Of a stretch of DNA of 64,000 nucleotides, positions 51,947 through 64,000 are shown in pieces. The notes under the pieces are model-generated. The model searched no databases. It had not been told where the DNA came from and saw only the letters and a list, made by a program, of their open reading frames with translations. This DNA is from Eledone cirrhosa (Eukaryota). The DNA lies in assembly GCA_964016885.1 (NCBI GenBank), contig OZ024740.1, positions 388,430,001 to 388,494,000 on the forward strand. Direction: 5' to 3'. Every line of letters begins with the position of its first letter. The stretch's first letter is position 1. The position numbers and the translations under genes are program-made.

Positions 51947-54900
51947 CTACAGTCTAGGGAGAGAGACAAGGGGGACTATATCAAGACTAATATATATCTA
52001 TAGTCTAGGGAGAAAGACAAGGGAGACTATATCAAGACTAGTATACGTCTACAGTCTAGGGAGAGAGACAAAGGAGACTATATTAAGACTAGTATATGTC
52101 TACAGTCTAGGGAGAGAGACAAGGGAGACTATATTAAGACTAGTATATGTCTACAGTCTAGGGAGAGAGACAAGGGAGACTATATTAAGACTAGTATATG
52201 TCTACAGTCTAGGGAGAGAAACAAGGGAGACTATATTAAGACTAGTATATGTCTACAGTCTAGGGAGAGAGACAAGGGAGACTATATTAAGACTAGCATA
52301 TGTCTACAGTCTAGGGAGAGAGACAAGGGAGACTATATCAAGACTAGTATACGTCTACAATCTAGGGAGAGAGACAAAGGTGACTATATTAAGTCTAGTA
52401 TATGTCTACAATCTAGGGAGAGAGACAAAGGTGACAATATTAAGACTAGTATACGTCTACAATCTAGGGAGAGAGACAAAGGTGACAATATTAAGACTAG
52501 TATACGTCTACAATCTAGGGAGAGAGACAAAGGTGACAATATTAAGACTAGTATACGTCTACAATCTAGGGAGAGAGACAAAGGAGACTATATTAAGACT
52601 AGTATACGTCTACAGTCTAGGGAGAGAGACAAAGGTGACTATATTAAGTCTAGTATATGTCTACAGTCTAGGGAAAGAGACAAAGGAGACTATATTAAGA
52701 ATAGTATATGTCTACAGTCTAGGGAGAGAGACAAGGGAGACTATATTAAGACTAGTATATGTCTACAGTCTAGGGAGAGAGACAAGGGAGACTATATTAA
52801 GACTAGTATATGTCTACAGTCTAGGGAGAGAGACAAGGGAGACTATATTAAGACTAGTATATGTCTATAGTCTAGGGAGAGAGAGACAAGGGAGACTATA
52901 TTAAGACTAGTATACGTCTACAGTCTAGGGAAAGAGACAAAGGAGACTATATTAAGACTAGTATATGTCTACAGTCTAGGGAGAGAGACAAGGGAGACTA
53001 TATTAAGACTAGTATATGTCTACAGTCTAGGGAAAGAGACAAAGGAGACTATATTAAGACTAGTATATGTCTACAGTCTAGGGAGAGAGACAGGGGAGAC
53101 TATATTAAGACTAGTATATGTCTACAGTCTAGGGAGAGAGACAAGGGAGACTATATTAAGACTAGTATATGTCTACAGTCTAGGGAGAGAGACAAAGGAG
53201 ACTATATTAAGACTAGTATATGTCTACAATCTAGGGAGAGAGATAAGGGAGACAATATTAAGACTAGTATATGTCTACAGTCTAGGGAAAGAGACAAAGG
53301 AGAATATATTAAGACTAGTATACGTCTACAGTCTAGGGAGAGAGACAAGGGAGACTATATTAAGACTAGTATATGTCTACAGTCTAGGGAGAGAGACAAG
53401 GGAGACTATATTAAGACTAGTATATGTCTACAGTCTAGGGAGAGAGACAAGGGAGACTATATTAAGACTAGTATATGTCTACAGTCTAGGGAAAGAGACA
53501 AAGGAGACTATATTAAGACTAGTATATGTCTACAGTCTAGGGAGAGAGACAAGGGAGACTATATTAAGACTAGTATATGTCTACAGTCTAGGGAAAGAGA
53601 CAAAGGAGACTATATTAAGACTAGTATACGTCTACAGTCTAGGGAGAGAGACAGGGGAGACTATATTAAGACTAGTATATGTCTACAGTCTAGGGAGAGA
53701 GACAGGGGAGACTATATTAAGACTAGTATATGTCTACAGTCTAGGGAGAGAGACAAGGGAGACTATATTAAAACTAGTATATGTCTACAGTCCAGGGAGA
53801 GAGACAAAGGAGACTATATTAAGACTAGTATATGTCTACAGTCTAGGGAGAGAGACAAGGGAGACTATATTAAGACTAGTATACGTCTACAGTCTAGGGA
53901 GAGAGACAAAGGAGACTATATTAAGACTAGTATATGTCTACAATCTAGGGAGAGAGACAAGGGAGACTATATTAAGACTAGTATATGTCTACAGTCTAGG
54001 GAAAGAGACAAAGGAGACTATATTAAGACTAGTATATGTCTACAGTCTAGGGAGAGAGATAAAGGAGACTATATTAAGACTAGTATATATCTACAGTCTA
54101 GGGAGAGAGACAAAGGAGACTATATTAAGACTAGTATATGTCTACAGTCTAGGGAGAGAGACAAGGGAGACTATATTAAGACTAGTATATGTCTACAGTC
54201 TAGGGAGAGAGACAAGGGAGACTATATTAAGACTAGTATATGTCTACGATCTAGGGAAAGAGACAAAGGAGACTATATTAAGACTAGTATATGTCTACAG
54301 TCTAGGGAGAGAGACAAAGGAGACTATATTAAGACTAGTATATGTCTACAGTCTAGGGAGAGAGACAAAGGAGACTATATTAAGACTAGTATATGTCTAC
54401 AGTCTAGGGAGAGAGACAAAGGAGACTATATTAAGACTAGTATATGTCTACAGTCTAGGGAGAGAGACAAGGGAGACTATATTAAGACTAGTATATGTCT
54501 ACAGTCTAGGGAGAGAGACAAGGGAGACTATATTAATACTAGTATATGTCGACAGTCTAGGGAAAGAGACAAAGGAGACTATATTAAGACTAGTATATGT
54601 CTACAGTCTAGGGAGAGAGACAAAGGAGACTATATTAAGACTAGTATATGTCTACAGTCTAGGGAGAGAGACAAAGGAGACTATATTAAGACTAGTATAT
54701 GTCTACAGTCTAGGGAGAGAGACAAAGGAGACTATATTAAGACTAGTATATGTTTACAGTCTAGGGAGAGAGACAAAGGAGACTATATTAAGACTAGTAT
54801 ATGTCTACAGTCTAGGGAGAGAGACAAAGGAGACTATATTAAGACTAGTATACGTCTACAGTCTAGGGAGAGAGACAAGGGAGACTATATTAAGACTAGT

Positions 54901-57900
54901 ATACGTCTACAGTCTAGGGAGAGAGACAAGGGAGACTATATTAAGACTAGTATATGTCTACAGTCTAGGGAAAGAGACAAAGGAGACTATATTAAGACTA
55001 GTATATGTCTACAGTCTAGGGAGAGAGACAAAGGAGACTATATTAAGACTAGTATATGTCTACAGTCTAGGGAGAGAGACAAAGGAGACTATATTAAGAC
55101 TAGTATATGTCTACAGTCTAGGGAGAGAGACAAGGGAGACTATATTAAGACTAGTATATGTCTACAGTCTAGGGAGAGAGACAAAGGAGACTATATTAAG
55201 ACTAGTATACGTCTACAGTCTAGGAAGAGAGACAAGGGAGACTATATTAAGACTAGTATATGTCTACAGTCTAGGGAAAGAGACAAAGGAGACTATATTA
55301 AGACTAGTATATGTCTACAGTCTAGGGAGAGAGACAAGGGGGACTATATTTAAACTAGCATATGTCTACATTCTAGGGAGAGAGAGAAAGGAGACTATAT
55401 TAAGACTAGTATATGTCTACAGTCTAGGGAGAGAGAGAAAGGAGACTATATTAAAACTAGTATATGTCTACAGTCTAGGGAGAGAGACAAGGGAGACTAT
55501 ATTTAAACTAGCATATGTCTACAGTCTAGGGAGAGAGAGAAAGGAGACTATATTAAAACTAGTATATGTCTACAGTCCAGGGAGAGAGACAAAGGTGACT
55601 ATATTAAGACTAGTATATGTCTACAGTCCAGGGAGAGAGAAAAGGGAGACTATATTAAGACTAGTATACGTCTACAGACTAGGGAGAGAGACAAGGGAGA
55701 CTATATTAAGACTAGTATATGTCTACAGTCTAGGGAAAGAGACAAAGGAGACTATATTAAGACTAGTATATGTCTACAGTCTAGGGAGAGAGACAAAGGA
55801 GACTATATTAAGACTAGTATATGTCTACAGTCTAGGGAGAGAGACAAAGGAGACTATATTAAGACTAGTATATGTCTACAGTCTAGGGAGAGAGACAAAG
55901 GAGACTATATTAAGACTAGTATATGTCTACAGTCTAGGGAGAGAGACAAGGGAGACTATATTAAGACTAGTATATGTCTACAGGCTAGGGAGAGAGACAA
56001 GGGAGACTATATTAAGACTAGTATATGTCTACAGTCTAGGGAGAGAGACAAAGGAGACTATATTAAGACTAGTATACGTCTACAGTCTAGGGAGAGAGAC
56101 AAGGGAGACTATATTAAGACTAGTATACGTCTACAGACTAGGGAGAGAGACAAGGGAGACTATATTAAGACTAGTATATGTCTACAGTCTAGGGAAAGAG
56201 ACAAAGGAGACTATATTAAGACTAGTATATGTCTACAGTCTAGGGAGAGAGACAAAGGAGACTATATTAAGACTAGTATATGTCTACAGTCTAGGGAGAG
56301 AGACAAAGGAGACTTTATTAAGACTAGTATACGTCTACAGTCTAGGGAGAGAGACAAGGGAGACTATATTAAGACTAGTATATGTCTACCGTCTAGGGAG
56401 AGAGACAAGGGAGACTATATTAAGACTAGTATATGTCTACAGTCTAGGGAGAGAGACAAAGGTGACTATATTAAGACTAGTATATGTCTACAGTCTAGGG
56501 AAAGAGACACAGGAGACTATTTTAAGACTAGTATATTTCTACAGTCTAGGGAAAGAGACAAAGGAGACTATATTAAGACTAGTATATGTCTACAGTCTAG
56601 GGAGAGAGACAAGGGAGACTATATTAAGACTAGTATATGTCTACAGTCTAGGGAGAGAGACAAGGGAGACTATATTAAGACTAGTATATGTCTACAGTCT
56701 AGGGAGAGAGACAAGGGAGACTATATTAAGACTAGTATATGTCTACAGTCTAGGGAGAGAGACAAGGGAGACTATATTAAGACTAGTATATGTCTACAGT
56801 CTAGGGAGAGAGACAAGGGAGACTATATTAAGACTAGTATATGTCTACAGTCTAGGGAGAGAGACAAAGGAGACTATATTAAGACTAGTATACGTCTACA
56901 GTCTAGGGAGAGAGACAAGGGAGACTATATTAAGACTAGTATATGTCTACAGTCTAGGGAGAGAGACAAAGGTGACTATATTAAGACTAGTATATGTCTA
57001 CAGTCTAGGGAGAAAGACAAGGGAGACTATATTAAGACTAGTATATGTCTACAGTCTAGGGAAAGAGACAAAGGAGACTATATTAAGACTAGTATATGTC
57101 TACAGTCTAGGGAGAGTGACAAAGGAGACTATATTAAGACTAGTATATGTCTACAGTCTAGGGAGAGAGACAAGGGAGACTATATTAAGACTAGTATATG
57201 TCTACAGTCTAGGGAGAGAGACAAGGGAGACTATATTAAGACTAGTATATGTCTACAGTCTAGGGAGAGAGACAAAGGAGACTATATTAAGACTAGTATA
57301 TGTCTACAGTCTAGGTAGAGAGACAAGGGAGACTATATTAAGACTAGTATATGTCTACAGTCTAGGGAGAGAGACAAGGGAGACTATATTAAGACAAGTA
57401 TATATCTACAGTCTAGGGAGAGAGACAAGGGAGACTATATTAAGACTAGTATATGTCTACAGTCTAGGGAAAGAGACAAAGGAGACTATATTAAGACTAG
57501 TATATGTCTACAGTCTAGGGAGAGAGACAAGGGAGACTATATTTAAACTAGCATATGTCTACAGTCTAGGGAGAGAGAGAGAGGAGACTATATTAAGACT
57601 AGTATATGTCTACAGTCTAGGGAGAGAGAGAAAGGAGACTATATTAAAACTAGTATATGTCTACAGTCTAGGGAGAGAGACAAGGGAGACTATATTTAAA
57701 CTAGCATATGTCTACAGTCTAGGGAGAGAGAGAAAGGAGACTATATTAAAACTAGTATATGTCTACAGTCCAGGGAGAGAGACAAAGGTGACTATATTAA
57801 GACTAGTATATGTCTACAGTCCAGGGAGAGAGACAAAGGAGACTATATTAAGACTAGTATATGTCTACAGTCTAGGGAGAGAGACAAGGGAGACTATATT

Positions 57901-60900
57901 AAGACTAGTATATGTCTACAGTCTAGGGAGAGAGACAAGGGAGAATATATTAAGACTAGTATATGTCTACGATCTAGGGAAAGAGACAAAGGAGACTATA
58001 TTAAGACTAGTATATGTCTACAGTCTAGGGAGAGAGACAAAGGAGACTATATTAAGACTAGTATATGTCTACAGTCTAGGGAGAGAGACAAAGGAGACTA
58101 TATTAAGACTAGTATATGTCTACAGTCTAGGGAGAGAGACAAAGGAGACTATATTAAGACTAGTATATGTCTACAGTCTAGGGAGAGAGACAAGGGAGAC
58201 TATATTAAGACTAGTATATGTCTACAGTCTAGGGAGAGAGACAAGGGAGACTATATTAATACTAGTATATGTCTACAGTCTAGGGAAAGAGACAAAGGAG
58301 ACTATATTAAGACTAGTATATGTCTACAGTCTAGGGAGAGAGACAAAGGAGACTATATTAAGACTAGTATATGTCTACAGTCTAGGGAGAGAGACAAAGG
58401 AGACTATATTAAGACTAGTATATGTCTACAGTCTAGGGAGAGAGACAAAGGAGACTATATTAAGACTAGTATATGTTTACAGTCTAGGGAGAGAGACAAA
58501 GGAGACTATATTAAGACTAGTATATGTCTACAGTCTAGGGAGAGAGACAAAGGAGACTATATTAAGACTAGTATACGTCTACAGTCTAGGGAGAGAGACA
58601 AGGGAGACTATATTAAGACTAGTATACGTCTACAGTCTAGGGAGAGAGACAAGGGAGACTATATTAAGACTAGTATATGTCTACAGTCTAGGGAAAGAGA
58701 CAAAGGAGACTATATTAAGACTAGTATATGTCTACAGTCTAGGGAGAGAGACAAAGGAGACTATATTAAGACTAGTATATGTCTACAGTCTAGGGAGAGA
58801 GACAAAGGAGACTATATTAAGACTAGTATATGTCTACAGTCTAGGGAGAGAGACAAGGGAGACTATATTAAGACTAGTATATGTCTACAGTCTAGGGAGA
58901 GAGACAAAGGAGACTATATTAAGACTAGTATACGTCTACAGTCTAGGAAGAGAGACAAGGGAGACTATATTAAGACTAGTATATGTCTACAGTCTAGGGA
59001 AAGAGACAAAGGAGACTATATTAAGACTAGTATATGTCTACAGTCTAGGGAGAGAGACAAGGGGGACTATATTTAAAGTAGCATATGTCTACAGTCTAGG
59101 GAGAGAGAGAAAGGAGACTATATTAAGACTAGTATATGTCTACAGTCTAGGGAGAGAGAGAAAGGAGACTATATTAAAACTAGTATATGTCTACAGTCTA
59201 GGGAGAGAGACAAGGGAGACTATATTTAAACTAGCATATGTCTACAGTCTAGGGAGAGAGAGAAAGGAGACTATATTAAAACTAGTATATGTCTACAGTC
59301 CAGGGAGAGAGACAAAGGTGACTATATTAAGACTAGTATATGTCTACAGTCCAGGGAGAGAGACAAGGGAGACTATATTAAGACTAGTATACGTCTACAG
59401 ACTAGGGAGAGAGACAAGGGAGACTATATTAAGACTAGTATATGTCTACAGTCTAGGGAAAGAGACAAAGGAGACTATATTAAGACTAGTATATGTCTAC
59501 AGTCTAGGGAGAGAGACAAATGAGACTATATTAAGACTAGTATATGTCTACAGTCTAGGGAGAGAGACAAAGGAGACTATATTAAGACTAGTATATGTCT
59601 ACAGTCTAGGGAGAGAGACAAAGGAGACTATATTAAGACTAGTATATGTCTACAGTCTAGGGAGAGAGACAAGGGAGACTATATTAAGACTAGTATATGT
59701 CTACAGTCTAGGGAGAGAGACAAGGGAGACTATATTAAGACTAGTATATGTCTACAGTCTAGGGAGAGAGACAAAGGAGACTATATTAAGACTAGTATAC
59801 GTCTACAGTCTAGGGAGAGAGACAAGGGAGACTATATTAAGACTAGTATACGTCTACAGACTAGGGAGAGAGACAAGGGAGACTATATTAAGACTAGTAT
59901 ATGTCTACAGTCTAGGGAAAGAGACAAAGGAGACTATATTAAGACTAGTATATGTCTACAGTCTAGGGAGAGAGACAAAGGAGACTATATTAAGACTAGT
60001 ATATGTCTACAGTCTAGGGAGAGAGACAAAGGAGACTTTATTAAGACTAGTATACGTCTACAGTCTAGGGAGAGAGACAAGGGAGACTATATTAAGACTA
60101 GTATATGTCTACCGTCTAGGGAGAGAGACAAGGGAGACTATATTAAGACTAGTATATGTCTACAGTCTAGGGAGAGAGACAAAGGTGACTATATTAAGAC
60201 TAGTATATGTCTACAGTCTAGGGAAAGAGACACAGGAGACTATTTTAAGACTAGTATATTTCTACAGTCTAGGGAAAGAGACAAAGGAGACTATATTAAG
60301 ACTAGTATATGTCTACAGTCTAGGGAGAGAGACAAGGGAGACTATATTAAGACTAGTATATGTCTACAGTCTAGGGAGAGAGACAAGGGAGACTATATTA
60401 AGACTAGTATATGTCTACAGTCTAGGGAGAGAGACAAGGGAGACTATATTAAGACTAGTATATGTCTACAGTCTAGGGAGAGAGACAAGGGAGACTATAT
60501 TAAGACTAGTATATGTCTACAGTCTAGGGAGAGAGACAAGGGAGACTATATTAAGACTAGTATATGTCTACAGTCTAGGGAGAGAGACAAAGGAGACTAT
60601 ATTAAGACTAGTATACGTCTACAGTCTAGGGAGAGAGACAAGGGAGACTATATTAAGACTAGTATATGTCTACAGTCTAGGGAGAGAGACAAAGGTGACT
60701 ATATTAAGACTAGTATATGTCTACAGTCTAGGGAGAAAGACAAGGGAGACTATATTAAGACTAGTATATGTCTACAGTCTAGGGAAAGAGACAAAGGAGA
60801 CTATATTAAGACTAGTATATGTCTACAGTCTAGGGAGAGTGACAAAGGAGACTATATTAAGACTAGTATATGTCTACAGTCTAGGGAGAGAGACAAGGGA

Positions 60901-63900
60901 GACTATATTAAGACTAGTATATGTCTACAGTCTAGGGAGAGAGACAAGGGAGACTATATTAAGACTAGTATATGTCTACAGTCTAGGGAGAGAGACAAAG
61001 GAGACTATATTAAGACTAGTATATGTCTACAGTCTAGGGAGAGAGACAAGGGAGACTATATTAAGACTAGTATATGTCTACAGTCTAGGGAGAGAGACAA
61101 GGGAGACTATATTAAGACAAGTATATATCTACAGTCTAGGGAGAGAGACAAGGGAGACTATATTAAGACTAGTATATGTCTACAGTCTAGGGAAAGAGAC
61201 AAAGGAGACTATATTAAGACTAGTATATGTCTACAGTCTAGGGAGAGAGACAAGGGAGACTATATTTAAACTAGCATATGTCTACAGTCTAGGGAGAGAG
61301 AGAAAGGAGACTATATTAAAACTAGTATATGTCTACAGTCTAGGGAGAGAGACAAGGGAGACTATATTTAAACTAGCATATGTCTACAGTCTAGGGAGAG
61401 AGAGAAAGGAGACTATATTAAAACTAGTATATGTCTACAGTCCAGGGAGAGAGACAAAGGTGACTATATTAAGACTAGTATATGTCTACAGTCCAGGGAG
61501 AGAGACAAGGGAGACTATATTAAGACTAGTATACGTCTACAGTCCAGGGAGAGAGACAAAGGTGACTATATTAAGACTAGTATATGTCTACAGTCTAGGG
61601 AGAGAGACAAAGGAGACTATATTAAAACTAGTATATGTCTACAGTCCAGGGAGAGAGACAAAGGTGACTATATTAAGACTAGTATATGTTTATAGTCTAG
61701 GGAGAGAGACAAGGGAGACTATATTAAGACTAGTATACGTCTACAGTCTAGGGAGAGAGACAAAGGAGACTATATTAAAACTAGTATATGTCTACAGTCC
61801 AGGGAGAGAGACAAAGGTGACTATATTAAGACTAGTATATGTTTATAGTCTAGGGAGAGAGACAAGGGAGACTATATTAAGACTAGTATACGTCTACAGT
61901 CCAGGGAGAGAGACAAAGGTGACTATATTAAGACTAGTATATGTCTACAGTCTAGGGAGAGAGACAAAGGAGACTATATTAAGACTAGTATACGTCTACA
62001 GTCCAGAGAGAGAGACAAGGGAGACTATATTAAGACTAGTATATGTCTACAGTCTAGGGAGAGAGACAAAGGAGACTATATTAAGACTAGAATATGTCTA
62101 CAGTCTAGGGAGAGAGACAAAGGTGACTATATTAAGACTAGTATACGTCTACAGTCTAGGGAGAGAGACAAAGGAGACTATATTAAAACTAGTATATGTC
62201 TACAGTCCAGGGAGAGAGACAAAGGAGACTATATTAAGACTAGTATACGTCTACAGTCTAGGGAGAGAGACAAGGGAGACTATATTAAGACTAGTATATG
62301 TCTACAGTCTAGGGAGAGAGACAAAGGTGACTATATTAAGACTAGTATACGTCTACAGTCTAGGGAGAGAGACAAGGGAGACTATATTAAGACTAGTATA
62401 TGTCTACAGTCTAGGGAGAGAGAGAAAGGTGACCATATTAAGACTAGTATATGTCTACAATCTAGGGAGAGAGACAAGGGAGACTATATTAAGACTAGTA
62501 TACGTCTACAGTCTAGGGAGAGAGACAAAGGAGACTATATTAAGACTAGTATATGTCTACAATCTAGGGAGAGAGACAAAGGTGACTATATTAAAACTAG
62601 TATATGTCTACAGTCTAGGGAGAGAGACAAGGGAGACTATATTAAAACTAGTATATGTCTACAGTCTAGGGAGAGAGACAAGGGAGACTATATTAAGACT
62701 AGTATATGTCTACAGTCTAGGGAGAGAGACAAGGGAGACTATATTAAGACTAGTATACGTCTACAGTCTAGGGAGAGAGACAAAGGTGACTATTTTACGA
62801 CTAGTATACGTCTACAGTCTAGGGAGAGAGACAAGGGAGACTATATTAAGACTAGTACATGTTTATAGTCTAGGGAGAGAGACAAAGGTGACTATATTAA
62901 GACTAGTATATGTCTACAATCTAGGGAGAGAGACAAAGGTGACAATATTAAGACTAGTATATGTCTACAGTCTAGGGAGAGAGACAAGGGAGACTATATT
63001 AAGACTAGTATATGTCTACAGTCTAGGGAGAGAGACAAAGGTGACTATATTAAGACTAGTATATGTCTACAATCTAGGGAGAGAGACAAAGGTGACAATA
63101 TTAAGACTAGTATATGTCTACAGTCTAGGGAGAGAGACAAGGGAGACTATATTAAGACTAGTATATGTCTACAGTCTAGGGACAGAGACAAGGGAGACTA
63201 TATTAAGACTAGTATATGTCTACAGTCTAGGGAGAGAGACAAAGGTGACAATATTAAGACTAGTATATGTCTACAGTCTAGGGAGAGAGACAAGGGAGAC
63301 TATATTAAGACTAGTATATGTCTACAGTCTAGGGAGAGAGACAAGGGAGACCATATTAAGACTAGTATATGTCTACAGTCTAGGGAAAGAGACAAAGGAG
63401 ACTATATTAAGACTAGTATATGTCGACACTCTAGGGAGAGAGAGAAAGGTGACCATATTAAGACTAGTATATGTCTACAATCTAGGGAGAGAGATAAGGG
63501 AGACTATATCAAGACTAGTATACGTCTACATCTAGAGAGAGAGAGACAAAGGTGACTATATCAAGACTAGTATACGTCTACAGTCTAGGGAGAAAGACAA
63601 GGGAGACTATATCAAGACTAGTAAATGTCTACAGTCTAGGGAAAGAGACAAAGGAGACTATATTAAGACTAGTATACGTCTACAGTCTAGGGAGAGAGAC
63701 AAGGGAGACTATATTAAGACTAGTATATGTCTACAGTCTAGGGAGAGAGACAAAGGTGACTATATTAAGACTAGTATACGTCTACAGTCTAGGGAGAGAG
63801 ACAAGGGAGACTATATTAAGACTAGTATATGTCTACAGTCTAGGGAAAGAGACAAAGGAGACTATATTAAGACTAGTATATGTCTACAGTCTAGGGAGAG

Positions 63901-64000
63901 AGACAAGGGAGACTATATTAAGACTAGTATATGTCTACAGTCTAGGGAGAGAGAGACAAGGGGGACTATATTAAGACTAGTATATGTCTACAGTCTAGGG
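51947..64000. repeat. 51-bp tandem satellite (>230 monomers, continues past the window end)
   Basis: Consensus AGTCTAGGGAGAGAGACAAGGGAGACTATATTAAGACTAGTATATGTCTAC. One frame is stop-free, which produces the 17-aa repeat ORFs. Confidence 0.97.

Noticed and set aside
55595-63535. 2646-aa ORF (and 51933-52904, 63552-63974) as a protein gene
   Set aside because: It is a translation of a 51-bp satellite with GTG/TTG starts, frame-breaking dinucleotide slips and no unique N- or C-terminus.
51947-64000. CRISPR-like array or ribozyme-bearing satellite
   Set aside because: There are no unique spacers, and neither strand of the monomer has a CUGANGA/GAAA core.

Overview
Eukaryotic, AT-rich, microsatellite-dense and transposon-saturated DNA. 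The tRNA-like SINEs with a GTCGATAAAATAAAGTACCAGT core and the (TA)n/(CA)n load look like an octopus/cephalopod genome; this is an inference. No complete host gene is visible, only one candidate 17-nt ATG micro-exon. The window contains: an RTE LINE 5' end, a near full-length L1/Tx1 LINE, an R4/Dong fragment, CR1-like and RTE relics, a deleted mariner, a young Ty3/Gypsy LTR element, two near-complete and two fragmentary Penelope-like elements (PLEs), SINEs, MITEs, and a >12 kb 51-bp satellite with a 73-monomer higher-order duplication. The most striking signal is about 18 type I hammerhead ribozyme (HHR) motifs in about 50 kb. They sit in the inverted pseudo-LTRs of the autonomous PLEs, in ORF-less fold-back elements inserted in (TA)n (HHRs pointing outward, one arm carrying an unpaired tail), and in head-to-tail tandem units of 428 and 660 bp that resemble retrozymes. 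They include natural U3-A8 core variants and HHRs with 50-90 nt stem II domains. All ribozyme calls were folded by eye and are untested.
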